Source: Escherichia coli
Lineage (GTDB): Bacteria; Pseudomonadota; Gammaproteobacteria; Enterobacterales; Enterobacteriaceae
Assembly (NCBI RefSeq): GCF_041248615.1
Contig: NZ_CP158426.1
Strand: one strand, 5' to 3'
DNA length: 64,000 bases
The notes beneath the pieces are model-generated. The model ran no database searches. It was not told where the DNA came from and worked only from the letters and a program-made list of their open reading frames with translations. Below, piece by piece: positions 38,266-55,215 of this stretch; within the stretch, counting starts at the first letter, position 1, and the number at the start of each line of letters is the position of its first letter. The position numbers and the translations under genes were made by a program.

Positions 38266-40455
38266 ATGCTTTACAAAGGCGACACCCTGTACCTTGACTG
38301 GCTGGAAGATGGCATTGCCGAACTGGTATTTGATGCCCCAGGTTCAGTTAATAAACTCGACACTGCGACCGTCGCCAGCCTCGGCGAGGCCATCGGCGTG
38401 CTGGAACAGCAATCAGATCTAAAAGGGCTGCTGCTGCGTTCGAACAAAGCAGCCTTTATCGTCGGTGCTGATATCACCGAATTTTTGTCCCTGTTCCTCG
38501 TTCCTGAAGAACAGTTAAGTCAGTGGCTGCACTTTGCCAATAGCGTGTTTAATCGCCTGGAAGATCTCCCGGTGCCGACCATTGCTGCCGTCAACGGCTA
38601 TGCGCTGGGCGGTGGCTGCGAATGCGTGCTGGCGACCGATTATCGTCTGGCGACGCCGGATCTGCGCATCGGTCTGCCGGAAACCAAACTGGGCATCATG
38701 CCGGGCTTTGGCGGTTCTGTACGTATGCCACGTATGCTGGGCGCTGACAGTGCGCTGGAAATCATTGCCGCCGGTAAAGATGTCGGCGCGGATCAGGCGC
38801 TGAAAATCGGTCTGGTGGATGGTGTAGTCAAAGCAGAAAAACTGATTGAAGGGGCGATGGCGATTTTACGCCAGGCCATTAACGGCGACCTCGACTGGAA
38901 AGCGAAACGTCAGCCGAAGCTGGAACCGCTAAAACTGAGCAAGATTGAAGCCATCATGAGCTTCACCATCGCTAAAGGGATGGTCGCACAAACGGCGGGG
39001 AAACATTATCCGGCCCCCATCACCGCAGTAAAAACCATTGAAGCTGCGGCCCGTTTTGGTCGTGAAGAAGCCCTAAACCTGGAAAACAAAAGTTTTGTCC
39101 CGCTGGCGCATACCAACGAAGCTCGCGCATTGGTCGGCATATTCCTTAACGATCAATATGTAAAAGGCAAAGCGAAGAAACTCACCAAAGACGTTGAAAC
39201 GCCGAAACGGGCCGCTGTGCTGGGCGCAGGCATTATGGGCGGCGGCATCGCTTACCAGTCTGCGTGGAAAGGCGTGCCGGTTGTCATGAAAGATATCAAC
39301 GACAAGTCGTTAACCCTCGGCATGACCGAAGCCGCGAAACTGCTGAACAAGCAGCTTGAGCGCGGCAAGATCGATGGTCTGAAACTGGCTGGCGTGATCT
39401 CCACGATCCACCCAACGCTCGATTACTCTGGTTTTGACCGCGTAGATGTTGTGGTAGAAGCGGTTGTCGAAAACCCGAAAGTGAAAAAAGCCGTACTGGC
39501 AGAAACCGAACAAAAAGTACGCCCGGATACCGTGCTTGCGTCTAACACTTCAACCATTCCTATCAGCGAACTGGCCAACGCGCTGGAGCGTCCGGAAAAC
39601 TTCTGCGGGATGCACTTCTTTAACCCGGTCCACCGAATGCCGTTGGTGGAAATTATTCGCGGCGAGAAAAGCTCCGACGAAACCATCGCGAAAGTTGTCG
39701 CCTGGGCGAGCAAGATGGGCAAAACGCCGATTGTGGTTAACGACTGCCCCGGATTCTTCGTTAACCGCGTGCTGTTCCCCTACTTCGCGGGTTTCAGCCA
39801 GCTGCTGCGCGACGGCGCGGATTTCCGCAAGATCGATAAAGTGATGGAAAAACAGTTTGGCTGGCCGATGGGGCCGGCATATCTGCTGGACGTTGTGGGG
39901 ATTGATACCGCGCATCACGCTCAGGCGGTGATGGCAGCAGGCTTCCCGCAGCGGATGCAGAAAGATTACCGCGATGCCATCGACGCGCTGTTTGATGCCA
40001 ACCGCTTTGGTCAGAAGAACGGCCTCGGTTTCTGGCGTTATAAAGAAGACAGTAAAGGCAAGCCGAAGAAAGAAGAAGATGCCGTCGTTGACGACCTGCT
40101 GGCAGAAGTGAGCCAGCCGAAGCGCGATTTCAGCGAAGAAGAGATTATCGCCCGCATGATGATCCCGATGGTCAACGAAGTGGTGCGCTGTCTGGAAGAA
40201 GGCATTATCGCCACTCCGGCAGAAGCGGATATGGCGCTGGTCTACGGACTGGGTTTCCCTCCGTTCCACGGCGGCGCGTTCCGCTGGCTGGACACCCTCG
40301 GTAGCGCAAAATACCTCGATATGGCACAACAATATCAGCACCTCGGCCCGCTGTATGAAGTGCCGGAAGGTCTGCGTAATAAAGCGCGTCATAACGAACC
40401 GTACTATCCCCCGGTTGAGCCAGCCCGTCCGGTTGGCGACCTGAAAACGGCTTAA
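38266..40455 (+). CDS. fadB: fatty acid oxidation complex alpha subunit (enoyl-CoA hydratase / 3-hydroxyacyl-CoA dehydrogenase)
   Basis: ATG at 38266 with AGGAGA SD gives [23 protein letters not shown]; 729 aa. Confidence 0.95.
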   Translation: MLYKGDTLYLDWLEDGIAELVFDAPGSVNKLDTATVASLGEAIGVLEQQSDLKGLLLRSNKAAFIVGADITEFLSLFLVPEEQLSQWLHFANSVFNRLEDLPVPTIAAVNGYALGGGCECVLATDYRLATPDLRIGLPETKLGIMPGFGGSVRMPRMLGADSALEIIAAGKDVGADQALKIGLVDGVVKAEKLIEGAMAILRQAINGDLDWKAKRQPKLEPLKLSKIEAIMSFTIAKGMVAQTAGKHYPAPITAVKTIEAAARFGREEALNLENKSFVPLAHTNEARALVGIFLNDQYVKGKAKKLTKDVETPKRAAVLGAGIMGGGIAYQSAWKGVPVVMKDINDKSLTLGMTEAAKLLNKQLERGKIDGLKLAGVISTIHPTLDYSGFDRVDVVVEAVVENPKVKKAVLAETEQKVRPDTVLASNTSTIPISELANALERPENFCGMHFFNPVHRMPLVEIIRGEKSSDETIAKVVAWASKMGKTPIVVNDCPGFFVNRVLFPYFAGFSQLLRDGADFRKIDKVMEKQFGWPMGPAYLLDVVGIDTAHHAQAVMAAGFPQRMQKDYRDAIDALFDANRFGQKNGLGFWRYKEDSKGKPKKEEDAVVDDLLAEVSQPKRDFSEEEIIARMMIPMVNEVVRCLEEGIIATPAEADMALVYGLGFPPFHGGAFRWLDTLGSAKYLDMAQQYQHLGPLYEVPEGLRNKARHNEPYYPPVEPARPVGDLKTA

Positions 40456-41628
<1,173 letters not shown>

Positions 41629-41633
41629 CCACT

Positions 41634-41745
41634 TGCCGGATGCGGCGTGAACGCCTTATCCGGTCTACCGATCCGGCACCAATGTAGGCCTGATAAGACG
41701 CGCCAGCGTCGCATCAGGCATCGTGCACCAATTGCCGGATGCGAC
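41634..41745. repeat. BIME (multiple REP units) downstream of fadA
   Basis: tgccggatgcggcgtgaacgccttatccggtctac / gtaggcctgataagacgcgccagcgtcgcatcaggca / ttgccggatgcgac. Confidence 0.75.
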
Positions 41746-41788
41746 ATAGATCTAAATGCCACTGAATAAAGTTTTAGTTGCCGTTCTT

Positions 41789-41814
41789 CCCGCCTGTCAG
41801 GGGCGGGTTTTTTA
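41789..41814 (+). terminator. rho-independent terminator (fadBA side)
   Basis: cccgcctgtcaggggcggg followed by a T-run. Confidence 0.6.
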
Positions 41815-41818
41815 TATC

Positions 41819-42520
41819 TCAGATAAATGCAAACGCATCGCCAAACAGGCGATCTTCCCGTGCATTACGCTCACTGCAAAACAGGTCACGGGCAATTTTC
41901 GCCATCTCAAAACGTCCGGCAATATAGATATCATGCTCTGCCAGCGTACCGTGATCCTGCAATACCGCCGTTAACACGGTGCCAGTACGCCCACGCCAGC
42001 CCGCTTCCGGTTGTTCAACCACCGGCACCACTTGCAGACCAGGGTGCTTTAACGAAAGCGCTTCAAGCTCGGAGAGATCATAAAGATGCTGCTCTTCACG
42101 CCCGCCCCAGTAAATGGTGATATCACGGTTTGGGTTACGCGCCAGCGCCGTCAGCAAAATCGAGCGCGCATAAGAGAACCCGGTGCCGCCCGCAATCAAA
42201 ATCATCGGACGCTCTTCATCATCGCGCAGCCACGCTTCTCCGTGGGGAATATCGACCACGATTTGATGATCTTTGAGGATGCGGTCCATGACTGCTTTCG
42301 CGTAAAGGTTGATTTCAGAAGCGCCAATATGCAGCTCGATAAACCCTTTTTCATCCGGCGTCGAGGCCATTGAGAACGGACGTTTGTCGCGCTCATCCAT
42401 CACTACCATCAAATACTGACCAGCACGAAAAGAAAAGGCCGCGTCTGGCACGATGCGGACACGATATACGGTATCCGTGATAGCTTCTACCGAGGTCACT
42501 TTACAGCTTAAGGTTGTCAT
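41819..42520 (-). CDS. fre: NAD(P)H-flavin reductase
   Basis: ORF track 41819..42553; ATG (cat 42518-42520) gives [21 protein letters not shown]; 233 aa. Confidence 0.9.
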   Translation of the reverse strand: MTTLSCKVTSVEAITDTVYRVRIVPDAAFSFRAGQYLMVVMDERDKRPFSMASTPDEKGFIELHIGASEINLYAKAVMDRILKDHQIVVDIPHGEAWLRDDEERPMILIAGGTGFSYARSILLTALARNPNRDITIYWGGREEQHLYDLSELEALSLKHPGLQVVPVVEQPEAGWRGRTGTVLTAVLQDHGTLAEHDIYIAGRFEMAKIARDLFCSERNAREDRLFGDAFAFI

Positions 42521-42565
42521 GCGCTTTCTCTGTCGGATCGATAAATAGGGCAAAACAAACGCGCA

Positions 42566-44059
42566 TCAGGCGCTTTTACCGTTGTTAAAAATAGCCAGTT
42601 CATCCCAGATGGCGTCAATATGCGCGACAACATCTGGATCTTTTTTGATGGGACGTCCCCATTCACGCTGGGTTTCTCCCGGCCATTTATTCGTGGCATC
42701 CAGCCCCATTTTTGAACCCAGCCCGGAGACAGGCGAGGCAAAATCCAGATAATCAATAGGCGTATTTTCTACCAGAACAGTATCCCGCGCCGGGTCCATA
42801 CGGGTAGTAATCGCCCAAATCACATCGTTCCAGTCGCGTGCGTTGACGTCATCATCGCAAACGATCACAAACTTAGTGTACATAAACTGGCGTAAGAACG
42901 ACCAGACGCCCATCATGACGCGCTTCGCGTGTCCGGCGTACTGTTTTTTGATCGTCACTACCGCCAGACGATAAGAACAGCCTTCCGGCGGCAGGTAAAA
43001 ATCGACAATTTCCGGGAACTGTTTTTGCAGAATCGGCACAAACACTTCGTTCAACGCCACGCCCAGTACCGCAGGCTCATCAGGCGGACGCCCGGTATAG
43101 GTGGAATGGTAAATCGCATCTTCACGCTGGGTAATATGCGTCACGGTGAATACCGGGAAACTATCAACTTCGTTATAGTAACCGGTGTGGTCGCCATACG
43201 GCCCTTCCGGCGCAGTTTCGCCTTGTTCGATATACCCTTCCAGCACAATCTCCGCACTGGCGGGCACTTCGAGATCATTGGAAATACACTTTACTACTTC
43301 GGTTTTGGTGCCGCGTAGCAATCCGGCAAACGCATACTCTGAAAGCGTATCCGGAACGGGGGTGACTGCACCGAGAATCGTGGCGGGATCGGCACCCAGC
43401 GCCACAGAAACCGGGAAACGTTCGCCCGGATGCGCCGCACACCACTCCTGGAAATCCAGCGCGCCGCCGCGATGCGACAGCCAGCGCATAATCAATTTGT
43501 TTTTACCAATCAGCTGCTGGCGATAAATGCCCAGATTCTGCCGCTCTTTATGCGGGCCGCGCGTCACGGTCAACCCCCAGGTAATCAGCGGCGCGGCATC
43601 TTCCGGCCAGCAGGTCATAATGGGGATACGGTGAAGATCGACGTCATCGCCGGAGATAATTTTTTGCTGACACGGCGCACCACGCAGTCGCTTTGTCGGC
43701 ATGTTCAACACCTGCTTAAACTGCGGCAGTTTATCAAACAGGTCGCGAAAACCTTTTGGCGGTTCAGGTTCCTTGAGAAAGGCTAATAATTTACCGACTT
43801 CACGCAGCGCAGAAACATCTTCCTGCCCCATGCCCATCGCCACGCGCTTTGGCGTACCGAACAGGTTGCACAGCACCGGCATTGAGTAGCCTTTAGGGTT
43901 TTCGAACAACAGCGCAGGCCCACCGGCACGCAAAGTGCGGTCAGCAATTTCAGTGATTTCCAGATGCGGATCCACCGGGAGCGTGATACGTTTTAGCTCA
44001 CCCTGCTGTTCAAGCAGCGTCAGGAAGTCGCGTAAATCGTTATATTTCATGGCGTCCAT
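42566..44059 (-). CDS. ubiD: 3-octaprenyl-4-hydroxybenzoate decarboxylase
   Basis: 497-aa ORF starting [25 protein letters not shown]. Confidence 0.95.
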   Translation of the reverse strand: MDAMKYNDLRDFLTLLEQQGELKRITLPVDPHLEITEIADRTLRAGGPALLFENPKGYSMPVLCNLFGTPKRVAMGMGQEDVSALREVGKLLAFLKEPEPPKGFRDLFDKLPQFKQVLNMPTKRLRGAPCQQKIISGDDVDLHRIPIMTCWPEDAAPLITWGLTVTRGPHKERQNLGIYRQQLIGKNKLIMRWLSHRGGALDFQEWCAAHPGERFPVSVALGADPATILGAVTPVPDTLSEYAFAGLLRGTKTEVVKCISNDLEVPASAEIVLEGYIEQGETAPEGPYGDHTGYYNEVDSFPVFTVTHITQREDAIYHSTYTGRPPDEPAVLGVALNEVFVPILQKQFPEIVDFYLPPEGCSYRLAVVTIKKQYAGHAKRVMMGVWSFLRQFMYTKFVIVCDDDVNARDWNDVIWAITTRMDPARDTVLVENTPIDYLDFASPVSGLGSKMGLDATNKWPGETQREWGRPIKKDPDVVAHIDAIWDELAIFNNGKSA

Positions 44060-44180
44060 TGTAGCCTCTTAATCTGCGCCCATTATACGGCGTTCATCTT
44101 TGCGATGCTGTAAATTTGTTAAATTAGCGTGAACTCTGACGGTATAACGCAAACCGGGGAATATAATTAACTTAGCGTAA

Positions 44181-45493
<1,313 letters not shown>

Positions 45494-45534
45494 CCTGCAC
45501 TCCATATGACAACCGCCCTGACGGGCGGTTGAAT

Positions 45535-46311
45535 TTATTCTTCAGTTTTTTCGCTTTCTGCTTCAGCGTCGTTTTCTTCTTCCCGGTTTCGACCCTTACC
45601 AACGTAAAAGCGTGAGAAGAAGACACCGATTTCAAACAGGCAGTACATCGGGATCGCCAGCAGCGTTTGCGAGAAGACATCCGGCGGCGTCAGCAGCATC
45701 CCGACAACAAATGCGCCAACCAGCACATACGGACGTTTTTTGCGTAAGTCTTCTGGCGAGGTAATTCCCATCCAGCACAGCAGCACAATTGCCACCGGCA
45801 CTTCAAAGGAGACACCAAACGCCATAAACAGCGCCATAACGAAGCTTAAATAGCTGGCGATGTCGGTGGATACCTGTACCCCTTCCGGCGCGGTATTGGC
45901 AAGGAAGCCAAATGCCAGCGGAAAGACCACAAAGTAGGCGAACGCCATGCCGATATAAAACAACAGAGAGCTGGAAACCAGCAGCGGCACCACCAGGCGA
46001 CGTTCATGCTTATACAGCGCTGGGGCGATAAACGCCCACACCTGATAGAGAATCACCGGCGCTGACAGAATCAGCGACACCATAAAGGTCAGCTTGATCG
46101 GCGTAAAGAACGGCGAGGCCACGTCGGTGGCGATCATCGTTGAACCTTGCGGCAACTGCTTGATCAATGGCGCGGATACCAGGTGATAGATGTCATTGGC
46201 GAAATAGACCAGACACAGGAATATCACGATCACCGCGATAATGCAGTTCAGCAGACGCTTACGCAGCTCAATCAGATGCGTGATAAGCGGTTGAGTATCT
46301 TCTACAGACAT
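45535..46311 (-). CDS. tatC: twin-arginine translocase subunit TatC
   Basis: 258-aa multi-TM ORF. Confidence 0.95.
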
Positions 46312-46313
46312 GT

Positions 46314-46829
46314 TTACGGTTTATCACTCGACGAAGGGGAAGGTGCAGCGGTTTTCGGTTCAGCGTCCGCAGCAGGTTTTACCACCGGCTCTGGCGTGGT
46401 TTCTGGCTTCTGTTCCGGCGAACTGGCCTGCGTTTGTGCAGCAGCAGGCGTTACGCCTTCATGCGCAGCTTCATTGTCTTTCACCACCGGGTTGTGGATG
46501 GTGTGCGCTTCATCGCTCGCCTTTTCAGGATCGTTTGCAACGTAGGAACGCTTCATCGACTCCGCGGCCTGGCGTAGTTCATCCATCGACGCTTTCAGTT
46601 CGGGCGTCAGGTTAGTGAGGCTCGCCTTTTCAACCTTTTTCAGACTGTCCTGAAACTCCTGGAGTTTTAACTCCTGGGTCAGTTCGTTCTGCACCGTTGT
46701 CGCCAGTGAACGCAACGCGCGAATCCAGCCCGCGACCGTTTTTACCGCCACAGGCAGTCGTTGCGGCCCCAGAACAACGAGGCCGATGATGAACACCAAT
46801 AGCAGTTCGCTAAAACCGATATCAAACAC
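46314..46829 (-). CDS. tatB: twin-arginine translocase subunit TatB
   Basis: 171-aa ORF starting [26 protein letters not shown]. Confidence 0.95.
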
Positions 46830-46832
46830 GGA

Positions 46833-47102
46833 TTACACCTGCTCTTTATCGTGGCGCTTCGCGTCTTCTGTTTTAGCCTGTTCCTGATTCGTATCCGCCT
46901 GCTTATCGGCGATAGTTTTCGCAGTAAAATCAGCATCCTGACTGGTTTTATCCTGCTTTGGTTCATCATCGCTCATTGCTTTTTTAAAGCCTTTGATCGA
47001 CGCACCAAGATCGGAACCGATGGAGCCGAGCTTTTTGGTGCCAAAAAGCAGTACAACGATGACGGCAATAATCAATAACTGCCAAATACTGATACCACCC
47101 AT
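46833..47102 (-). CDS. tatA: twin-arginine translocase subunit TatA
   Basis: ORF track 46833..47144; ATG (cat 47100-47102) gives [27 protein letters not shown]; 89 aa. Confidence 0.93.
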   Translation of the reverse strand: MGGISIWQLLIIAVIVVLLFGTKKLGSIGSDLGASIKGFKKAMSDDEPKQDKTSQDADFTAKTIADKQADTNQEQAKTEDAKRHDKEQV

Positions 47103-47180
47103 ACATGTTCCTCTGTGGTAGATGATGATTAAACAAGGCCGCATTATACGTTACACGGCCCGCCTTGAGCGATGAAAAAA

Positions 47181-49423
<2,243 letters not shown>

Positions 49424-49436
49424 TTCCGGTCTCCTG

Positions 49437-50192
49437 TCAGAACTTATAACCACGATGCAGCGCCACAACCCCTGCCGTCAGATTGTAGTAGTCGACACTT
49501 TCGAATCCGGCATCCTGCATCATGGCTTTCAGGGTATCCTGATCGGGATGCATACGGATGGATTCTGCCAGATAACGGTAGCTGTCGGCGTCGTTCGCGA
49601 CCAATGAGCCAATACGCGGCAGCACATGGAAGGAGTATGCATCATAGGCTTTGCTCAGCGGCTCGATAATTGGCTTCGAGAACTCAAGCACCAGCAGGCG
49701 GCCGCCGGGTTTCAGCACGCGATACATTGAACGCAGTGCTTTATCTTTGTCGGTGACGTTACGCAGACCAAACGAAATAGTGATGCAATCAAAGGTGTTA
49801 TCCGGGAACGGCAGCGCCTCAGCGTTCGCCTGAACATACTCAACGTTGCCAATCACACCGATATTACGCAGCTTCTCGCGGCCCATTTTGAGCATGGATT
49901 CATTGATATCAGCAAGGACCACTTTGCCAGTTTCTCCGACCAGGCGGGAGAATTTCGCTGTCAGGTCGCCGGTGCCACCAGCCAGATCCAGCACGGTCTG
50001 CCCACGGCGTACGCCGCTGCAATCAATCGTGAATCGCTTCCACAAACGATGAATACCAAATGACATCAAATCATTCATGACATCGTATTTTGATGCCACG
50101 GAATGGAAAACGTGGGCGACCATATCCGCTTTTTGTTCCTTCGCGACGGTCTGAAAACCAAAGTGCGTCGTTTCTTGTGACTTATCCACCAT
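49437..50192 (-). CDS. ubiE: ubiquinone/menaquinone C-methyltransferase UbiE
   Basis: 251-aa ORF; SAM-binding LDLAGGTGD. Confidence 0.95.
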
Positions 50193-50286
50193 CTCAATGC
50201 CTGCTCATCAAAAAATTGTTCCAGAAGTGTAACAGATTGGGCGTCGATGCCCTAGATTTCTACCCGGCTTAACTACCCCCAATGGG

Positions 50287-51714
50287 CTAGCGCGACTGCT
50301 GATTATATTCATCATCGCGTTGATAAGCTTCATCATTCGGCTGCTCCGGAACCGACCGCAGTCGATACTCTTCATCCTGGCTCACCGCTTGTTCAGCCAA
50401 ATCCGGATTAATCTCGCGTTTAATTTCTACCCCTAAACCGCGAAACGCTTCTGCCTGCGCCAGCACATTTCCGCGACCTGAAGAGAGTTTTTTCATTGCC
50501 TGGCGATAGTTATCCTGCGCTTTGTCGAGACTTTGACCAATCGCTGACATGTCATCGACGAACAAACGCATCTTGTCGTACAGCTTGCTGGCGCGATCGG
50601 CTATTTTCTGGGCGTTACGACTTTGATGCTCATAGCGCCAGAGGTTGGCGATAGTGCGCAGCGCCACCAGCAGCGTGGTCGGGCTAACCAGCATGATATT
50701 GTTTTTCAACGCTTCGGTGATCAGCTCCGGCTGGCGGTCAAGCGCCAGTAAAAAAGCGGGTTCAACGGGAATAAACATCAGCACGTAATCCAGGGTTCGC
50801 AGCCCCGGCAGCTGTTGATAATCTTTGCGTCCCAGCAAACGGATATGGTTACGCACCGACGCGATATGTTCCTGTAGCGCGCTTTCGCGGGTGTAGTCAT
50901 CTTCGGCGTTGAAATAGCGTTCATAGGCGACCAGCGTCATTTTGGCGTCGATCACCACATCTTTTCCCTGCGGCAACCGCACGATGACATCCGGCTGCAT
51001 CCGCGAGCGGGCGTCATTTTCGATGCTGACCTGGGTTTCATATTCATACCCTTCACGCAGACCGGAAGCCTCCAGCACCCGCGTCAATACTACCTCGCCC
51101 CAGTTGCCCTGGGTTTTATTGTCGCCTTTCAGCGCGCGCGTCAGGTTGATCGCTTCCTGGGCCATTTGCGCGTTGAGCTGCTGGAGATTGCGAATTTCGT
51201 GGGTCAGGGTATGGCGTTCTTGTGCTTCTTTACCAAAGCTGTCCTGAACCTGACGGCGGAAACCGTCCAGTTGTTCACGTAGCGGCGACAACAGGCTGTT
51301 CAGACTCTGACGGTTTTGCTCATCAACCCGGCGATTGCTGTGCTCAAAAATACGGTTGGCGAGGTTTTCAAACTGCTCACTGAGGCGCTGCTCACTGTTA
51401 ATCATCTGGCGAATTTTATCGTCAGCATGTTGCTGTGCGGCTTCCATCCGCGTGGTTACTTCACGCAGATCGGCCTCCAGAGAGGTGTTAATACTTTGCA
51501 GGCTGCGCACTTCGTTATTGAGTAACTCGCACTCAGCGCGCCAGTGCTCGCTTTGGGTAATTTGTTGTTTTGCCGCGCTTAACTCCGCGACCATCTCTTC
51601 ACGTTCAGCTAATTGCTCGGCTTTTTGCTGCGCATGTTGATAACTGGCAAACAGCCAGCCAATTGCCACACCCACCAACGCAATAACTGCGTAAACCATG
51701 ATTGAGAAATCCAC
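50287..51714 (-). CDS. rmuC: DNA recombination protein RmuC
   Basis: 475-aa ORF; N-terminal TM followed by long coiled coil. Confidence 0.9.
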   Translation of the reverse strand: MDFSIMVYAVIALVGVAIGWLFASYQHAQQKAEQLAEREEMVAELSAAKQQITQSEHWRAECELLNNEVRSLQSINTSLEADLREVTTRMEAAQQHADDKIRQMINSEQRLSEQFENLANRIFEHSNRRVDEQNRQSLNSLLSPLREQLDGFRRQVQDSFGKEAQERHTLTHEIRNLQQLNAQMAQEAINLTRALKGDNKTQGNWGEVVLTRVLEASGLREGYEYETQVSIENDARSRMQPDVIVRLPQGKDVVIDAKMTLVAYERYFNAEDDYTRESALQEHIASVRNHIRLLGRKDYQQLPGLRTLDYVLMFIPVEPAFLLALDRQPELITEALKNNIMLVSPTTLLVALRTIANLWRYEHQSRNAQKIADRASKLYDKMRLFVDDMSAIGQSLDKAQDNYRQAMKKLSSGRGNVLAQAEAFRGLGVEIKREINPDLAEQAVSQDEEYRLRSVPEQPNDEAYQRDDEYNQQSR

Positions 51715-51806
51715 AACGCCTCCTGACGCAACAACTTACCCGCACAAAATAGAATTGTGCTGTACAAACGTCCAGTTGGAAAGGCATTTCCTGCGAGGCG
51801 CTACGC

Positions 51807-51837
51807 AAAAATACAAAAGGCCGAACGCGTCGGCCTT
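51807..51837 (-). terminator. rho-independent terminator downstream of udp
   Basis: hairpin aaggccgaacgcgtcggcctt with a U-run on the minus strand. Confidence 0.65.
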
Positions 51838-51854
51838 CAGACAGGAGAAGAGGA

Positions 51855-52616
51855 TTACAGCAGACGACGCGCCGCTTCCACCACGATTTTCACCGCTTGG
51901 CTTTCAGTTTGTTTCATCGTCTCAGCATTCGGGATCTCTTGCTGGGTGCGGTTAACGATAACACCCGCTACCATACCGGCACGTAGGCCCTGACTTGCAC
52001 ACATGGTCAGCAGGGTTGCAGATTCCATTTCATAGTTCATTACGCCCATCGCCTGCCACTCTTCCATAGAACCTTTAAAGTGACGAACTACGCGACCAGA
52101 GTAAGTATCGTAACGTTCCTGACCTGGGTAGAAGGTATCAGAAGAAGCCGTCACGCCAACGTGAGTCGTCGCGCCGATGGATTTCGCAGCCTCAACCAGC
52201 GCAGTCGTACATTCGAAATCAGCGACAGCCGGGAATTCCAGCGGTGCGAAGTGCAGGCTCGCGCCATCCAGACGAACAGACGCCGTGGTAACCAGGACAT
52301 CACCCACATTAATATGCGGCTGAATAGCGCCCGTTGTACCGATACGCAGGAAGGTGCGAATGCCCAGCTGTGCCAGCTCTTCAACAGCAATAGAGGTAGA
52401 CGGGCCGCCGATACCGGTAGAGCAGACGATAACAGGTTTACCATCCAGCTCTGCACGCCAGGTGGTGAATTCGCGGTGAGATGCCAGCTTAACCGGCTTA
52501 TCCATCAGCGCGGCGATCTTTTCCACACGATCCGGGTCGCCAGGGACGATGGCAAGCGTAGCCCCTTGTAAATCGTTTTTAGTGAGGCCGAGATGAAAAA
52601 CATCAGACTTGGACAT
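51855..52616 (-). CDS. udp: uridine phosphorylase
   Basis: ORF track 51855..52622; ATG (cat 52614-52616) gives [31 protein letters not shown]. Confidence 0.95.
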   Translation of the reverse strand: MSKSDVFHLGLTKNDLQGATLAIVPGDPDRVEKIAALMDKPVKLASHREFTTWRAELDGKPVIVCSTGIGGPSTSIAVEELAQLGIRTFLRIGTTGAIQPHINVGDVLVTTASVRLDGASLHFAPLEFPAVADFECTTALVEAAKSIGATTHVGVTASSDTFYPGQERYDTYSGRVVRHFKGSMEEWQAMGVMNYEMESATLLTMCASQGLRAGMVAGVIVNRTQQEIPNAETMKQTESQAVKIVVEAARRLL

Positions 52617-52877
52617 ATACAACTCCTCTGTGAATCGGTTTAGTCAGAAGAAGCAAAAAGACACTTTACCGAAGGGTTTAACATTTTTTCGTGATACTCA
52701 TCACCATGACGCAAATGCGTTGCATAAATTTACCCACCAAAAGTGATGCAAATCACATAAATCACTCTTCATTCTGCAGGACTGCATAAAAGATGAGCCG
52801 ATTCAGGCAATGTGATTTGTTGCATGCTGACTATAGTTAACATTGCGCAACATTTTTATAAGGGTACGGAGAATACC

Positions 52878-53690
52878 ATGGCAACAACACAACAATCTGG
52901 ATTTGCACCTGCTGCATCGCCTCTAGCTTCGACCATCGTTCAGACCCTGGACGACGCGATTGTGGCGGGCTTCACCTCTATCCCTTCACAAGGGGATAAC
53001 ATGCCTGCTTACCATGCCAGACCAAAGCAAAGCGATGGCCCACTGCCAGTGGTCATTGTAGTGCAGGAAATTTTTGGCGTGCATGAACATATCCGCGACA
53101 TTTGTCGCCGTCTGGCGCTGGAGGGGTATCTGGCTATCGCACCTGAACTTTACTTCCGCGAAGGCGATCCGAATGATTTTGCCGATATCCCCACGTTACT
53201 TAGCGGTCTGGTAGCAAAAGTGCCTGACTCGCAGGTGCTGGCCGATCTCGATCATGTCGCCAGTTGGGCTTCCCGCAACGGCGGCGATGTTCATCGTTTA
53301 ATGATCACCGGATTCTGCTGGGGTGGACGTATCACCTGGCTGTATGCTGCGCATAACCCGCAACTGAAAGCGGCGGTGGCATGGTACGGCAAACTGACAG
53401 GCGATAAGTCGCTGAATTCACCGAAACAACCTGTTGATATCGCAACCGATCTTAACGCGCCGGTTCTCGGCTTATATGGTGGTCAGGATAACAGCATTCC
53501 GCAGGAGAGCGTTGAAACCATGCGCCAGGCGCTGCGGGCTGCTAATGCGAAAGCAGAGATTATCGTCTACCCGGATGCCGGGCATGCATTCAACGCCGAT
53601 TATCGCCCGAGCTATCATGCCGAATCTGCGAAAGATGGCTGGCAGCGTATGCTGGAGTGGTTTAAGCAGTATGGTGGGAAGCGGAATTAG
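52878..53690 (+). CDS. ysgA: dienelactone hydrolase family protein (carboxymethylenebutenolidase-like)
   Basis: ORF track 52812..53690; ATG at 52878 gives MATTQQSGFAPAASP. Confidence 0.85.
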   Translation: MATTQQSGFAPAASPLASTIVQTLDDAIVAGFTSIPSQGDNMPAYHARPKQSDGPLPVVIVVQEIFGVHEHIRDICRRLALEGYLAIAPELYFREGDPNDFADIPTLLSGLVAKVPDSQVLADLDHVASWASRNGGDVHRLMITGFCWGGRITWLYAAHNPQLKAAVAWYGKLTGDKSLNSPKQPVDIATDLNAPVLGLYGGQDNSIPQESVETMRQALRAANAKAEIIVYPDAGHAFNADYRPSYHAESAKDGWQRMLEWFKQYGGKRN

Positions 53691-54081
53691 TTTCCTCTTA
53701 GTCTATATTTGAGATGGTGAGTGAACGAGTGCGTTTTGCTGCCATCTCTGTCCCCCAAAAAATAATCAGTATGAATTGATTGGAGAGCACGACTCCGCTA
53801 TTTGACCTTAAGAAAGTCGGCAAGTAATAGTCATAAGTGAGTCTCTTCACTGGCAGACACCTTAGAGATTTACCATCAACTCCCATTCTCAAACAAACAT
53901 TAATTATTATCAACACATTCACATTAATTATAAATTATCTCAGACCTTCCTGATAAAAAGATATTAAAGTGAAACATTTTGTTTTTCACATTTTAGTTCA
54001 TCCCTTTTAGGCGTAAATAAAGGTAAAAAATAACAATACTATTTTTCTTTCACAAAAGAATTAACAAAAGGTTTTTCAAGG

Positions 54082-55215
54082 ATGAGTGATATTATTTACC
54101 TGAACATAACCGGAGAACAACAAGGATGTATTTCCTCTCGTTGTGGAACGAGCGCATCAATAGGTAATCGCTGGCAGATTGGCCATGAAGATGAAATCTT
54201 CGCGTTCTCGCTCTCTAATAGTATTACGAATACAGGCAAAGGGTCACAATTGCATGGCCTTAGTTTCTGTAAATTGATTGACAAAAGCTCCCCGTTACTT
54301 ATTAACGCTATTAACAATAACGAGCAGTTGTTCATGGAGTTTGACTTCTATCGGATCAATAGATTTGGTCGATGGGAGAAATATTACAACATTCAACTTC
54401 GCGGCGCGCTCTTATCAGCAATCAATCACCTGTTTACTGAGAACAATCTGGATACAGAAACCATCACTGTCAGTTATGAATATATACTCTCCAGGCATCT
54501 GATTGCTAATACTGAATTTAGTTATTTGGCATTTCCCGATAACTACAACCGTCTGTTTATACCACGGCCAAAAACTAAAGATGATAATGGCCTCAAAACA
54601 CTCAATAGTAAAGCGGTTGGCAGACTGCTTGCTGCTGGCGGCATATACAATGGGAATATCGAAGGATTCAGGGAAACAGCAAACAAGTTGGGAGGAGATG
54701 CACCTGCTGGTTACGATCAAGTTATGGATAACAAAGGGTTACTCATCGCTGGTGCTTCAATAGTTGCTGGAGTTGTTCTGGGAAGAATGAGATTCCCTGA
54801 TTTGGAATCACTTGAGCATTTCGGAGCCAGAGGAGCAGTATCAGGAAGACCATTTAATCCCGACCTTGCCGGTGGTCCAATTGAAAACCTGACGATAGAT
54901 GGCGTAACAATCAACAGGGAAGGTATCGCTATTGTTGAAAAGCATATCTCCAGATTTGATCATGATCCAGCTAATGATGTAATGATTTCAAGGCTAAAGA
55001 AAATAGCAAATAAAGAATTGCTTCCTGAAAAATACGATCTGAACTACTATACTCATGAATGTCGCGAGTATCAGCGTTATTGTAATTTAGGATGGGAAAC
55101 AGGTGAACCGAAAGGTTTAGATGGATATGAATTATGGAATAATGTACATACTGCAACTCTAGAAGACTTTAAAATTAAAGATACTGACTTATTTCATCCG
55201 GATGCAACAAAATGA
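54082..55215 (+). CDS. Hcp (TssD) domain fused to a C-terminal extension of about 210 aa: putative orphan T6SS Hcp-ET effector
   Basis: ATG at 54082 with AAGGA SD; residues 1 to about 150 match the Hcp family (IYLNITGEQQGCI..SIGNRWQIGHEDEIFAFS..LSFCKLIDKSSPLLINA..FYRIN); Gly/Ala-rich linker with a short hydrophobic stretch (LLIAGASIVAGVVLG), then a domain with no motif I can assign. Confidence 0.8.
   Translation: MSDIIYLNITGEQQGCISSRCGTSASIGNRWQIGHEDEIFAFSLSNSITNTGKGSQLHGLSFCKLIDKSSPLLINAINNNEQLFMEFDFYRINRFGRWEKYYNIQLRGALLSAINHLFTENNLDTETITVSYEYILSRHLIANTEFSYLAFPDNYNRLFIPRPKTKDDNGLKTLNSKAVGRLLAAGGIYNGNIEGFRETANKLGGDAPAGYDQVMDNKGLLIAGASIVAGVVLGRMRFPDLESLEHFGARGAVSGRPFNPDLAGGPIENLTIDGVTINREGIAIVEKHISRFDHDPANDVMISRLKKIANKELLPEKYDLNYYTHECREYQRYCNLGWETGEPKGLDGYELWNNVHTATLEDFKIKDTDLFHPDATK

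Noticed and set aside
53698-53922. 74-aa ORF on the - strand in the AT-rich leader of the island
   Set aside because: AT-rich promoter-like DNA; no start context; probably non-coding.
54082-55215. Assigning the toxin C-terminal domain to the HNH/colicin-DNase, rRNase, metallopeptidase (HExxH) or papain-like families
   Set aside because: None of the diagnostic motifs as I recall them (HH...N...H, HExxH, clear Cys-His spacing) is convincingly present; left as unassigned pending a profile search.
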